A DNA stretch of 64,000 nt from Alphaproteobacteria bacterium (GCA_965232515.1 CBDDPY010000002.1:3968001-4032000); one strand, 5' to 3'. Positions 39,346 through 49,732 are shown, counted from the first letter of the stretch. The notes: generated from the letters alone by a model not told the origin. Made by a program: numbers and translations.

Positions 39346-40257
39346 ATGAAATCAGGATCATTGCATCTCGCCGCCCTGGCGTTATGCGTCATCGCGCCTT
39401 CGTTCGTGCAGACCGCGTTTGCCGAAACCAAGCCCGACGACATCAAGCACCTCTCGACGGTCTTCGACCGGCCGGCCGCGCTGGAAGACTGGCGGGAGCA
39501 CGCCGTTCCCGGATTCTCGAAGAAGTGGGCGGCCCCTGCTGTCGAGGACGGCAAGCTCGTCCTGCGCCCGACATCGTCGGGCTGGTTCGAGGATATGCAG
39601 GCAGGCCATCTCTACCGCCCTGTCGACGGCAACTTCGTCGTCACCGCCCGGCTCAAGGTCGAAGGCACCGAGGTGCAGCTGCCGCAGACGCTGTTTTCGC
39701 TCGCCGGCCTGTTCATCCGCGCGCCGCGCGACGGCCTGACCGCCGAGACCTGGCGGCCTGGCGGCGAGAACTGGATGTTCTTCTCCGTCGGCACGGCGAC
39801 GCCGGCCGGCACGCCGCAGTTCGAGATCAAGACGACCTACAACTCGCTCTCGACGCTGAAGATCGCGGATGCGTCCGCCGCCTATGCGAACGGCGAGACG
39901 CGCTGGGTCGATCTGCGCATCGCCCGCCAGGGCGAGCTGTTCTCGCTGCTCTACCGCATCGACGGTGAGGCCGCCTTCACGCTGCACGACCAGTTCATCC
40001 GCCCGGATCTGCCCGCGCGCCTCAATGTCGGCGTCACCGCCTATGCCGACTGGGGGTCGGCCGCGCCGATCTATCCGGACTTCGCCCGCTACAACACCGA
40101 AGCGCCGGCCATGAATGCCGACCTCGTCGCCGTCGTCGAACGGATCGACTTCCGCCGGCCCACGGTTGACCGGTTTCCGGTCGCGTCCTTCGACGTGGAA
40201 GCCTCTCCCAATCCGGATCTCAGCCAGGCCCGCATCGACGACCTGATCAGGAACTGA
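39346..40257 (+). CDS. Secreted hypothetical protein, possible concanavalin-A-like beta-sandwich
   Basis: Signal peptide AFA-E; V.GNFVVTARLKV, AGLFIR, LRIARQG..F..LYR pattern; fold is inference. Confidence 0.7.
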   Translation: MKSGSLHLAALALCVIAPSFVQTAFAETKPDDIKHLSTVFDRPAALEDWREHAVPGFSKKWAAPAVEDGKLVLRPTSSGWFEDMQAGHLYRPVDGNFVVTARLKVEGTEVQLPQTLFSLAGLFIRAPRDGLTAETWRPGGENWMFFSVGTATPAGTPQFEIKTTYNSLSTLKIADASAAYANGETRWVDLRIARQGELFSLLYRIDGEAAFTLHDQFIRPDLPARLNVGVTAYADWGSAAPIYPDFARYNTEAPAMNADLVAVVERIDFRRPTVDRFPVASFDVEASPNPDLSQARIDDLIRN

Positions 40258-40258
40258 C

Positions 40259-40795
40259 GTGGCGCACGCCATGCTTCTCGGAGCTGTGATCCTCACGTTC
40301 GGCATCTTATCGGCCGCCGCGCTGCTGACAGCCTCGGCGCAGGAAAGAGACCTCGCCGCGCCGGCGATCCAGGCCTACGGCCTGGATCTCGTCGCCTACG
40401 CCACGGTCCGTCGCAACGACGGCACCTACCGGCGCATGCTGATCGCGTCCGATGCGCTCAGGTCCATCACCCCGGACACGTCGCTGCCCGACGGCACCCG
40501 CATTTTGATGGAGACGTACTACCGCCCCGATCAGGTCGGCACGGTGTTTCACAAGCAGAAGGTCCGCGGCAAATGGCAGTACGGCTCGTTTTCCGCCACC
40601 CAGCCCGATCTGACGGTGCAGCCCCGGGCCTCCTGCCTGTCCTGCCACGCCGGCGCGGCGCGGACCGACTTCACCTTCACCCTGCCCAGCATCCGCGCCG
40701 TCGCCGCGGGCGCTGAACCATCGGACTTCACCTGCGACCGCGGCGGCCGCTCGCCCTGCGGCGCCGGCACCTACCGCGACGGCGCCGCGCGGTGA
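40259..40795 (+). CDS. Cytochrome P460/c'-beta family protein
   Basis: Signal peptide, LPDGTRILME, WQYGSF, CLSCH, DFTFT. Confidence 0.78.
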   Translation: MAHAMLLGAVILTFGILSAAALLTASAQERDLAAPAIQAYGLDLVAYATVRRNDGTYRRMLIASDALRSITPDTSLPDGTRILMETYYRPDQVGTVFHKQKVRGKWQYGSFSATQPDLTVQPRASCLSCHAGAARTDFTFTLPSIRAVAAGAEPSDFTCDRGGRSPCGAGTYRDGAAR

Positions 40796-41361
40796 GCGCA
40801 GGCCCAGCCGCCTATGCGCGTCCCCTGCGCCTGCTGCATTGGACGACCGCGCTGCTGGTCGCCGCACAGGCCGGCCTGGCGCTGACCAACGCGCTGGTCT
40901 ACGAACGGCGGCCGGTGCTGGCCGAGACGGTCGTACAGGCGCATCTGTCCCTCGGCGTGCTGATCTTCGGCCTCACCCTGCTGCGTCTCGCTGTGCGCGC
41001 CGCGATGGTCTCTCCCGCCATGCCGGGCGACATGGCGCCGCCCATGTGGCTAGCTGCGCGCACCGTCCATGCCGCGCTCTACGTCCTGCTGCTGGTCCTG
41101 CCGCTCTCGGGCTACGTCAAGCTGGCCGCGCTCGGCTTCGAGATCGTGGTATTCGGCCTGCTGCCGCTGCCAGCCTTGCCGGTCGACCCGGACCTCGCCG
41201 CGCTGGCCCGGTCGATGCATACCGGCGCCGCCATCGCGCTCGGCGTGCTGCTGACCGGGCATATCGGCGCCGCCGTCTTTCACAAGCTCCTGATGGGCGC
41301 GCCGGTGCTGCAGCGGATGTATCCGACCTGCTACCGGTACGGATCGTCGGCCGCCAGATAG
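40792..41361 (+). CDS. Cytochrome b561 (YceJ/CybB-like)
   Basis: LHWTTA, HLSLG, HAALY...PLSG, MH...HIGAAVFH. Confidence 0.88.
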   Translation: MSAGPAAYARPLRLLHWTTALLVAAQAGLALTNALVYERRPVLAETVVQAHLSLGVLIFGLTLLRLAVRAAMVSPAMPGDMAPPMWLAARTVHAALYVLLLVLPLSGYVKLAALGFEIVVFGLLPLPALPVDPDLAALARSMHTGAAIALGVLLTGHIGAAVFHKLLMGAPVLQRMYPTCYRYGSSAAR

Positions 41362-42314
41362 TTGCGGACATAGTCGGCGACGCCGTCTTCCAGCGAGGTG
41401 AACGGTCGGTCGTAGCCCGCCGCGCGCAGGCGGTCCATGCGCGCTTCGGTGAAATACTGGTACTTGTCGCGGATCTCGGCTGGCGTGTCGGCATAGTCGA
41501 TACGCGCGTTGGCCCCCAGCGCCTTGAACAGCGCCCCGATCAGATCGGCGAACGAACGCGCCTTGCCGGTGCCCAGGTTGAACAGGCCCGACACGTCGCG
41601 CCGCTCCAGCAGCCAGAGGATCACGTCGACGCAGTCACGCACGTAGATGAAGTCCCGCGACTGGCCGCCGTCGGCATAGTCCGGATGGTGCGACTTGAAC
41701 AGCGTCACCGCGTCGCCCGCCGCCGCCGTCGGATAAGCCTTGCAGACGACGCTGCGCATGTCGTCCTTGTGATACTCGTTCGGCCCGTAGACGTTGAAGA
41801 ACTTGAGGCCGACCCATTGCCGCGGCGCCGGCCCGCCGCGCCCGGCAAGCGCGATCGCCCGCCGGTCGAAGGCCTGCTTGCTCCAGCCGTATCCGTTCAA
41901 GGGCCGGAGCTGGGCCAGCGCCGCCGGATCGTTGTCGTCGTCGAAGCCCGCCGCGCCGTCGCCATAGGTCGCCGCCGACGAGGCATAGATCAGGCGCGCA
42001 CCGTTCCCGGCGCACCAGTGCCAGAGATCGAGCGAGAAGCGGAAGTTGTTGCGCACCAGCGCGTCGAGATCGCGTTCCGTGGTCGACGAGATCGCGCCCA
42101 TGTGCACCACCGCCTCGATCCGGCGGCCCTGCGCCGCCAGCCAGTCGAGGCAGGCTTCCGGCGCGACGATATCGGCGAGCGCGTGCTTGGCGACGTTGCG
42201 CCATTTGTCGCCGCTGCCCAGGTAATCGCAGATCGCCACGTCCTGGCCGGCGTCCGCCAGCGCCGCCACCACGTTCGAGCCGATGAAGCCGGCGCCGCCA
42301 GTGACCAGGATCAT
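41331..42314 (-). CDS. hldD: ADP-L-glycero-D-manno-heptose 6-epimerase
   Basis: [57 protein letters not shown]. Confidence 0.97.
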   Translation of the reverse strand: MILVTGGAGFIGSNVVAALADAGQDVAICDYLGSGDKWRNVAKHALADIVAPEACLDWLAAQGRRIEAVVHMGAISSTTERDLDALVRNNFRFSLDLWHWCAGNGARLIYASSAATYGDGAAGFDDDNDPAALAQLRPLNGYGWSKQAFDRRAIALAGRGGPAPRQWVGLKFFNVYGPNEYHKDDMRSVVCKAYPTAAAGDAVTLFKSHHPDYADGGQSRDFIYVRDCVDVILWLLERRDVSGLFNLGTGKARSFADLIGALFKALGANARIDYADTPAEIRDKYQYFTEARMDRLRAAGYDRPFTSLEDGVADYVRNYLAADDPYR

Positions 42315-43789
42315 GCGCCGCCGCCCGACGCCCGGTTCATGCGCGCGATGGTGCCGGTGGTGCTGTGGCCGTCGACGATGTCGGCCAGCAGCACGCGGCC
42401 GCCCCAGGCCTGCACCTCCTTGGCGCCCACCACCTGATCGATTGTGTAGTCCGCGCCCTTGACCAGCAGGTCCGGCTTCAACGTCTCGAGCAGCTTGAGC
42501 GGCGTGTCCTCGTCGAACACCACCACCAAATCGGCCGACGCAATCGAGGCCAGCACCCGAGCCCGCGCCGTCTCAGTCTGCACCGGCCGGTCCGGGCCTT
42601 TCAGTCGCGCCACCGAGGCATCGCTGTTCAGCCCGACGATCAGCCGGTCGCAGGCCGCCCGCGCCTGCCGCAGCAGCGAGACGTGGCCGGGGTGCAGAAT
42701 ATCGAAGCAGCCGTTGGTGAAGCCGACGCGCAAGCCCCGCGCGCGCCAGCGCGCCACCCGTTCGGCCGCGCCCGTGGCGGTGACGATCTTGGCGTCCTGC
42801 GCCGAGGCCTCGGCGCTGGTCAGCGCGGCGGCCAGATCGTCGGCATGCACCACGGCCGTGCCGACCTTGCCGACCACGACGCCGCCAGCGAGGTTCGCCA
42901 ACCGCGCCGCCTGCTCCAGATCGGCGCCCGCGGCCAGCGCCGCCGCCGCGGTCGCGACCACCGTGTCGCCGGCGCCGGAGACGTCGAACACCTCGCGCGC
43001 GTCGGCCGGCAGGTGCGTCGCCGCGCCGTCGGCCGTGACCAGCGACACGCCGGCGCCCGACCGGCTGACCAGCATGGCGGCGATGTCGTTGCCCGCCAGC
43101 AATTTGGCCGCCGCCGCCGCGACCCCGGCATCGTCGTCGCAAGCCAGGCCCGAGGCGGCAGCCAGTTCGCCGACATTCGGTTTCAGCAGCGTGACGCCGG
43201 CATAGGCCGCGATGTCGCGCCGCTTCGGATCGGCGACCACCGGCACGCCGGCCGCCTTCGCCTTCTCGATCGCCGCCGCCAGCACGTCATCGCCCAGCAC
43301 GCCCTTGGCATAGTCCGACAGCACCAGCACATCGGCCGTCATCAGCGCGGCATCGAGCGCCGCCAGAAGGTCCGCGACCGTGGCCGCCGACAGCGCCGAC
43401 GCGGTCTCGGCATCGGCGCGCAGCAACTGCTGGCCGTCGGCGACATAGCGGGTCTTCAGGGTCGTCGGCCGGCCGGCCTCGACGATCAGCCGCGCCTCGA
43501 CGTTCACCTCCGACGCCGCGAGCTCGGTGACAACTCGGCCGGGCGCATCGTCGCCGACGGCGGCGATCAGCACCGTCTCGACGCCCAGCGCCGCCAGATT
43601 GCGCGCCACGTTGCCGGCGCCACCCAGCATCTCGGCCTCGCGGTCGATGCGCAGCACCGGGATCGGCGCCTCGGGCGAGACCCGCGAAACCGCGCCATAG
43701 GTGAACCGGTCCAGCATGACGTCGCCCAGGCAGACCACCCGGCCGTTGGCCAGCGTGTCGATCAGGTTATGCAGCGCGCTTCCGTCCAA
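42311..43789 (-). CDS. hldE: Bifunctional heptose 7-phosphate kinase/heptose 1-phosphate adenylyltransferase
   Basis: [49 protein letters not shown]. Confidence 0.97.
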   Translation of the reverse strand: MDGSALHNLIDTLANGRVVCLGDVMLDRFTYGAVSRVSPEAPIPVLRIDREAEMLGGAGNVARNLAALGVETVLIAAVGDDAPGRVVTELAASEVNVEARLIVEAGRPTTLKTRYVADGQQLLRADAETASALSAATVADLLAALDAALMTADVLVLSDYAKGVLGDDVLAAAIEKAKAAGVPVVADPKRRDIAAYAGVTLLKPNVGELAAASGLACDDDAGVAAAAAKLLAGNDIAAMLVSRSGAGVSLVTADGAATHLPADAREVFDVSGAGDTVVATAAAALAAGADLEQAARLANLAGGVVVGKVGTAVVHADDLAAALTSAEASAQDAKIVTATGAAERVARWRARGLRVGFTNGCFDILHPGHVSLLRQARAACDRLIVGLNSDASVARLKGPDRPVQTETARARVLASIASADLVVVFDEDTPLKLLETLKPDLLVKGADYTIDQVVGAKEVQAWGGRVLLADIVDGHSTTGTIARMNRASGGGA

Positions 43790-43869
43790 CGCACATCACC
43801 GAAATTCCGTAATTCCTGCATGGCCTTACACCAAAGACGCCGACGATACCAGCGGCGGTGCTCCCATTA

Positions 43870-43994
43870 GCCCTCACCCCAGCCCTCTCCCGCAAGCGGG
43901 AGAGGGGGCCACCACCGCTGCGGTTGTACCCCCTCTCCCGTTTACGGGAGAGGGGGGGACCCGCGCGCTGCTAAGCGTGTGGGAGGGTGAGGGC
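43870..43994. repeat. CCCTCACCC/CCCTCTCCC-type intergenic palindromic element (RIME-like)
   Basis: GCCCTCACCC...GGGTGAGGGC termini enclosing two CCCTCTCCCG-N4-6-CGGGAGAGGG hairpins. Confidence 0.85.
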
Positions 43995-44050
43995 TGACCG
44001 CACTGAAGTCACGACGGCGTCACCGGCATTTCGACACACGTGACGGCACT

Positions 44051-44812
44051 TCACGTCTGCAGCAGCCGCCGCGCGGCGCCGTCCAGGACCAGGCAGGTCA
44101 GCCGGCCGGACCGGAAGGCGCCGGTGTCGATACCGATGCGGTTCGGCATCAGCTCCACCTCCGGCCGGATCGAATGGCCGTGCACGATGATCTTGCCGTA
44201 GTCTTCGGTCGCGTCCAGGAACTCGTCGCGGATCCACATCAGGTCGCCGTCGTCCTGCCGCGCCAGATCGACGCCCGGCCGGACGCCGGCATGCACGAAC
44301 AGGTAGTCGCCCTCCAGGTGCATCAGCTTCAGCCCGCGCAGGAATTCGTCGTGGTCCGGCGGCAAATGCGCGGCCAGCGCCTGCCGGGCCTGGGCCGGCA
44401 TGTCGTCGCCGGCATAGTCGACCATCGGCACGCCATAGCTGGCGAGCGTGGCGTTGCCGCCGTTGTAGAGCCACATGCGGCCGATCTCCTCGCCGTCGAG
44501 GAAGGCCAGCATCAGGTCCTCGTGATTGCCCTTCAGGCAGACCGACTCGATGCCGTCCGCCGGCGCCAGCAGCATGTCGATCACCTCGCGGCTCTGCGGG
44601 CCGCGATCCACATAGTCGCCGAGATGCACGATCGCCACGGTCTTGCCGTCGCCGGCCGCTTCCGAGTCCTGCCGGATCATCTCGTAGACTTCGGTCAGCA
44701 GGTCGGCCCGGCCGTGAATATCGCCGATGGCGTAGATCCGCCGGCCGTCCGGCACGCGGGCGGTCTCGGCCAAGTCGGATTTCGACGAGGACCCGAAGAA
44801 GCGTCGCAACAT
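44051..44812 (-). CDS. Ser/Thr phosphatase-like metallophosphoesterase (PphA type)
   Basis: GDIHG, GDYVDRG, GNHE, HAG, HGH, IDTG. Confidence 0.95.
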   Translation of the reverse strand: MLRRFFGSSSKSDLAETARVPDGRRIYAIGDIHGRADLLTEVYEMIRQDSEAAGDGKTVAIVHLGDYVDRGPQSREVIDMLLAPADGIESVCLKGNHEDLMLAFLDGEEIGRMWLYNGGNATLASYGVPMVDYAGDDMPAQARQALAAHLPPDHDEFLRGLKLMHLEGDYLFVHAGVRPGVDLARQDDGDLMWIRDEFLDATEDYGKIIVHGHSIRPEVELMPNRIGIDTGAFRSGRLTCLVLDGAARRLLQT

Positions 44813-44882
44813 GGCGGCAATCTAACACATCCCGGCCGGCCGCCGTGTGACGCGCTACACCACCTGTCGCCCGTTCGACAAC

Positions 44883-47045
44883 TTACGATACGTCCGGCGA
44901 GGCCGGTGACGGGGCGGGCGCCGCGGCCGGCGGGGCGGCGAAATGCGCCCAGGCCTGACGGCCGCCGCGGTTGTCGAGATAGTTCAGCAACGCCAGCACC
45001 GGCCGGTGATCGTAACGCCGGCCGGCGTCCGCCATCAGGGCTTCCGACGCCTGCGCGAAGCTGAGCGCGCCGCGATAGGCCCGTGGGCTGATCATGCCGA
45101 CGAAGGCGTTGGCCACGGCGACGATGCGGGCGGCCAGCAGGATGCGCTCGCCGGCGAGACCCTGCGGCGCCCCACTGCCGTCCCAGGCTTCCTGCAGCTG
45201 CCGGATGGTCTCGACCACCGGCCCGTCGAACGGCACGCCGTCCAGCAGATCGGCGCTGGTCAGGATGCTGTCGCGGATCGTCGCCAGTTCGTCCTGGGTC
45301 AGCCCTTCGGTCTTGGTCAACACCGCTTCCGGCACGAGGATCTTGCCGAGATTCATCAGCGCGCCGGCCACCGCCGCCGTTTCCTGCTCGGCTTCGTTCA
45401 GCGACATCTCGCCGGCGATCGCATGCGCGACCTCGGCGACGCGCGCCGAATGGTTCGCCGAATAGGGATCGCGCCGGTCGACCACGCCCAGCAGCGTGGC
45501 GATCAATTGACGCAGCGTCTCCTCGCGCCGTTCCCGCTCGATCACAAGCTCGGTGACATCGTTGTGGATCATCAACGTGGCGCCGGCATGGACGATATCG
45601 TCGTCCAGCGGCACGTGATCGGCTTTCACCACCCGGCGCTTGTCGTCATCGCCGGTCAACTTGACCACCTCGCTGACGCCGCCATCGGCCGTCACTTTTT
45701 CGTTCAGGCGCTCGAACACCTCGGCGCGAGCCGGACCGAGCACGCTGCGCATATTCTTGCCCAGCATCTCGTCGGCCAGCAGGCCGGCCTGCCGGGCCGC
45801 CAGCGCGTTGGCAAAGGAGTAGTTCCCCTCGGCGTCGATGACGCTGATGCTGGTCGGCTGGCCGTCCGCGACGGTACGCAGGAATCGGCTCAGCGCCTCG
45901 AACCGTTCCGTCGACCGCCGGAAGCGTTCGGCCGCGGCCGAAGCGCGCACCGAGGTGCCGTGCCGCCAGACCGCCACCAGCGCGAAGCCGGCGACGCCGA
46001 TGCCCAGCAACAGCACGATCAGCAAGGTCTGCAGTCGCCGGTCGGTTTCCGCCAGCGCCTCGTCCCGGTCCACCTTGCGCATCAGCACCCATGGCACCCC
46101 GGCCAGCGCCCGGCTGGTGGCCAGCACCTCGTGGCCGGCATAGTCGGTGAAGATGCCGAAGCCGCCAGGCCGGTCCAGCATGCCGACCGCGGCCAGATCG
46201 GGCGTATCGCCGGCCAGCCGCAGGCCCAGTGCCGGCGAGCCGTCACGCAGCGGCGACAGATATTCGACGCCATCGCCGTCGGCCCGCACCAGCATGACCT
46301 CGGCCGTCTCGAGAATTTCGCCCGGCTGCCGCAGCCGCGCGAACAGGGCGTCGCCGGCCGGCCGCAGGCCGATCACGAAGCCGACCACGTTCTCGACCGT
46401 CGCGTCGCCCTGCAGCGCGAAAACCGGCGCCATGAAGCCCATCGACGGCCGGTCGCCCGGGCCGGCATGCAGATCGATGATCCCGGGCTCGTCCCGCGGT
46501 GTCTCGGCCAGCAGGCGCTCCATCTGGGCGCTCAGATCCGGCATCTCCGGCGTCGCCACCAGGACGGCGCCGTCGATGTCCAGCACCGCCAGTCCCGATT
46601 GCGGCACGCGCTCGACATTGGCCGGCACGTCGGGACCCAGCGCCGGCGCGTCATAGCCGCCGCGCGACGCCGTCACGGTCAGCAGATTGCCGAGAAATTC
46701 GGCCTGCGCCTGGACCGCGGCCCGGGCCTTGCGGTTCAGCGTCTTGCCGCGATTGGCGTCGTGTTCGGTCAGGAACAACTGCACCGTCGCGTTCTCGGCC
46801 AGGCCGTTGATCGTGTCGCGCTGCGCCGTCAGCCAGTCGGACACGGCGGCGGCGCGGCTGTCGGCGACGATGCCCAGCCGGATCTGCCAGGTCTGCAGGT
46901 CGCGCTGGCGTTCGGCCTCGACGAATTTCAGCACCGCGGCAATGCCGAGCACCGCCAGCAGCGCCAGCACGAACGCCGAGGTCGCCACGACCACGGCGGC
47001 CCGCATGCCCGGCCGGCGGCCGGATTCGTCAACGATGCTGACCAC
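44883..47045 (-). CDS. Membrane Cache-PAS-degenerate HD-GYP protein
   Basis: GTG after GGAGGAG; TM-periplasmic-TM, PAS-like segment, DPYSANHS.RV, MNLGK (for HDIGK), LQEAWDGSGAP (for HHERWDG.GYP), PRAYR. Confidence 0.88.
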   Translation of the reverse strand: MVSIVDESGRRPGMRAAVVVATSAFVLALLAVLGIAAVLKFVEAERQRDLQTWQIRLGIVADSRAAAVSDWLTAQRDTINGLAENATVQLFLTEHDANRGKTLNRKARAAVQAQAEFLGNLLTVTASRGGYDAPALGPDVPANVERVPQSGLAVLDIDGAVLVATPEMPDLSAQMERLLAETPRDEPGIIDLHAGPGDRPSMGFMAPVFALQGDATVENVVGFVIGLRPAGDALFARLRQPGEILETAEVMLVRADGDGVEYLSPLRDGSPALGLRLAGDTPDLAAVGMLDRPGGFGIFTDYAGHEVLATSRALAGVPWVLMRKVDRDEALAETDRRLQTLLIVLLLGIGVAGFALVAVWRHGTSVRASAAAERFRRSTERFEALSRFLRTVADGQPTSISVIDAEGNYSFANALAARQAGLLADEMLGKNMRSVLGPARAEVFERLNEKVTADGGVSEVVKLTGDDDKRRVVKADHVPLDDDIVHAGATLMIHNDVTELVIERERREETLRQLIATLLGVVDRRDPYSANHSARVAEVAHAIAGEMSLNEAEQETAAVAGALMNLGKILVPEAVLTKTEGLTQDELATIRDSILTSADLLDGVPFDGPVVETIRQLQEAWDGSGAPQGLAGERILLAARIVAVANAFVGMISPRAYRGALSFAQASEALMADAGRRYDHRPVLALLNYLDNRGGRQAWAHFAAPPAAAPAPSPASPDVS

Positions 47046-47112
47046 GTCTCGTCTCCTCCGGCGCCGCCGCCCGGCGGACGGGCGGGCGCCCCGCAGTTCC
47101 AAAGGCACGGCG

Positions 47113-47128
47113 TTAAGCCGCATTTAAC
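47113..47128. promoter_or_regulatory. Perfect CtrA box
   Basis: TTAA-GCCGCAT-TTAAC in the divergent HD-GYP/LapG intergenic region. Confidence 0.75.
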
Positions 47129-47194
47129 GACCTGTCGGCAAGCTCGGACCAGGCAGGCGTTTCGCTGCTGCTATACGGGGGCAACCGGAAACAT

Positions 47195-47875
47195 ATGGTT
47201 AATGCATCCTTTCGCCGCGGTGTCCTGTATGGCGGTCGAACCGTATTGCTGGCCGTCGTCGCCGCCGCCATGACCTGGACGTCCACCGCCCAGGCGCGCG
47301 CCCTCGGCGGCGGCATTTTCGGTTACACCGAGGTGCGCAGCGACGACCTCGGCCCGTTCGTGAAATGGACCGGCATGCTTGACCGTTTCCTGCAGGAAGA
47401 CGGCGAGACCGACGGCGATTGCACCTCGACCAGCTACAACGCCTGTCACCACCAGGAATGGCAATCGCTGATCGCCGACCTGCGCGGCCTGGACCTCAAC
47501 GCCCAGCTCGACCGGGTCAACCGCTTCATGAACGAGCGCCGCTATATCGTCGACCCGATCAATTGGGGCGTGCGCGACTATTGGGCGACGCCGGGTCAGT
47601 TCTTTCGCAAGCAGGGCGATTGCGAGGACTACGCCATCGCCAAGTACCTGACCCTGCGTCAGCTCGGCATCTCGGACGCGCAGATGCGCATCGTCGTGCT
47701 GCAGGATCTGAATCTGGGCATTCCGCACGCCGTTCTGGCGGTCGCCACGCCCGACGGCACCATGATCCTCGACAACCAGATCAGCCAGGTCGTCGACGAC
47801 CGCGTCATCCGCCACTATCAGCCGATCTACTCGATCAACGAAAGCGCCTGGTGGCTCCACCGCCCGCCGAGCTGA
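47195..47875 (+). CDS. Transglutaminase-like cysteine peptidase (BTLCP, LapG-like)
   Basis: Signal peptide; D..NWG..DYWATP, GDCEDYAIAKY, HAVL, ILDN, Y.PIYSIN. Confidence 0.93.
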   Translation: MVNASFRRGVLYGGRTVLLAVVAAAMTWTSTAQARALGGGIFGYTEVRSDDLGPFVKWTGMLDRFLQEDGETDGDCTSTSYNACHHQEWQSLIADLRGLDLNAQLDRVNRFMNERRYIVDPINWGVRDYWATPGQFFRKQGDCEDYAIAKYLTLRQLGISDAQMRIVVLQDLNLGIPHAVLAVATPDGTMILDNQISQVVDDRVIRHYQPIYSINESAWWLHRPPS

Positions 47876-48024
47876 TTCTTTTATCCGACGTGACACTTCG
47901 CGTGGCACCGGAAAGACGTCTGTAAGGCAGTTCCGTCGGCCCTATAGGTCGCGACTGCGGCCCGCCGGCCGTCCGGCGCGCCCGCGCAGACGCGGACCGT
48001 CAGGTCCGCTGTCGTGAGCGCAAA

Positions 48025-48051
48025 ATCACTTCCCATGAAATGGGAAGTGAT
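48025..48051. promoter_or_regulatory. 12-bp perfect inverted repeat
   Basis: ATCACTTCCCAT-GAA-ATGGGAAGTGAT. Confidence 0.55.
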
Positions 48052-48145
48052 CGAGATGTGAGCCGCTTCACATCGCCGACACGGCTAATGCTCCGATATC
48101 TCCTGTGCACGACGAAATTCGTCGAATGCTGCAAGGAGATCGAAG

Positions 48146-48322
48146 ATGCGAGGTTCGGGCGCATCGGGTTTCGTCATTCTGCTCGCGTTCTGGCTGATCG
48201 GCGTGTTGGCCTTGACGATGTTCTGGCCAACCACGCGCCCCGGCCGGATACCGGCGATCTCGGCTGACGCGACACTGGCCGCGCAAGACGGCCCTGTCGG
48301 CTCGCCATCCGAGCAACGTTGA
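48146..48322 (+). CDS. Small single-pass membrane protein (58 aa)
   Basis: AAGGAG RBS; MRGSGASGFVILLAFWLIGVLALTMFWPTTRPG...SEQR; not in ORF track. Confidence 0.6.
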   Translation: MRGSGASGFVILLAFWLIGVLALTMFWPTTRPGRIPAISADATLAAQDGPVGSPSEQR

Positions 48323-48513
48323 CACCCGCGCACACCACATTCCGCGCCGCGCGCGCCGCACCGCGCGACGCGTGAACGCCGGCAGCACCTTCCGCCATCA
48401 CGGCCCGGTTGCGAACAATTCTTCGGCGGTGAGGATTGCAACACTGGACTCCCTGACTAGATACATGGGTCAATTCGCCCACCGCAAATGATGGGCAGAT
48501 CAGGGGTCTATCG

Positions 48514-49725
48514 GTGTCTGCTAATGCTTTGGCCTTATTGGGATTGCGCCCAATATTAAGGCAGTTCTCGGCCAAGAAATTCTTCCTGCCCGCGGCGCTG
48601 CTTCTTGCCGCCTGCAATCCGTCGGAATCGAACGTGGCGCAGGCGCCGCCCGTGCCGCCGGCGGTCACCGTCAGCGCGCCGCTGGTGCGCGAGATCGTAG
48701 AGTGGGACGAATATACCGGCCGCTTCCAGGCCGTCGAGACCGTCGATGTCCGCTCGCGCGTCAGCGGCTATCTCGATTCCATCAACTTCACCGACGGCGA
48801 GATCGTCAACCAGGGCGACCTCCTGTTCGTCATCGACCAACGGCCGTTCCAGGTGGCGCTGGCGCAGGCCGAAGCCGAGCTGAACCAGGCCCGCACCCGC
48901 GCCGAGCTGGCGGCCAAGGACCTGGAACGGGCCCGACCGCTGCTGCAGCGCGGCAACATCTCGCAGGCCGTGTTCGACGAGCGTCTTCAAGCCCGCCAGG
49001 AGGCCGATGCGGCCGTGCGCTCGGCCGAGGCTCAGGTCGAGGCGGCCCGGCTCGATCTCGAATATTCCGAAATCCGCGCGCCCGTCACCGGCCGCATCAG
49101 CCGCTATCTGGTCAGCGTCGGCAACCTGGTCACGGGCGGCGCCGCCAACGCCACGTTGCTGACCACCATCGTTTCGCTCGATCCGATCCACTTCTTCTTC
49201 GACGCCAACGAGGCCGCGTACCTGAAATACGTCCGCCTCGACCGCACCGGCCAGCGCACCAGCTCGCGCGACGCGCAAAACCCGGTGCAACTGTCGTTGC
49301 TGGACGAGATCGACTTTCCCCATCGCGGGCGCATGGACTTCGTCGAGAACCGGCTCGATCAACAGACAGCGACGATCCGCGCCCGCGCGGTGTTCGACAA
49401 CGGCGAGCTGTTGTTCCTGCCGGGCATGTTCGGCCGCATTCGGCTGATCGGCAGTGGGCGTTACGCGGCCATCATGCTGCCCGACGAGGCGATCGGCACA
49501 GACCAGTCGCGCAAGTTCGTCTATGTCCTCGACGAGGACAACGTGGTCGGCATCCGCCTGGTCGAGCTCGGCCCCATCATCGACGGCCTGCGCGTGATCC
49601 GCGACGGCCTCGGGCCCGAGGACCGGGTCATTATCGACGGGCTGCAGCGCGCCCGGCCCGGCGCGCCGGTCACGCCGGAGGAAGGACGCATCGAGGTCGC
49701 CGAGGCCGCAACGGCCACGCAGTAG
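48514..49725 (+). CDS. RND efflux periplasmic adaptor (lipoprotein)
   Basis: LAAC lipobox, EWDEYTGR, RVSG, APVTGRI, PGMF; start uncertain. Confidence 0.95.
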   Translation: MSANALALLGLRPILRQFSAKKFFLPAALLLAACNPSESNVAQAPPVPPAVTVSAPLVREIVEWDEYTGRFQAVETVDVRSRVSGYLDSINFTDGEIVNQGDLLFVIDQRPFQVALAQAEAELNQARTRAELAAKDLERARPLLQRGNISQAVFDERLQARQEADAAVRSAEAQVEAARLDLEYSEIRAPVTGRISRYLVSVGNLVTGGAANATLLTTIVSLDPIHFFFDANEAAYLKYVRLDRTGQRTSSRDAQNPVQLSLLDEIDFPHRGRMDFVENRLDQQTATIRARAVFDNGELLFLPGMFGRIRLIGSGRYAAIMLPDEAIGTDQSRKFVYVLDEDNVVGIRLVELGPIIDGLRVIRDGLGPEDRVIIDGLQRARPGAPVTPEEGRIEVAEAATATQ

Positions 49726-49732
49726 CCAACAG

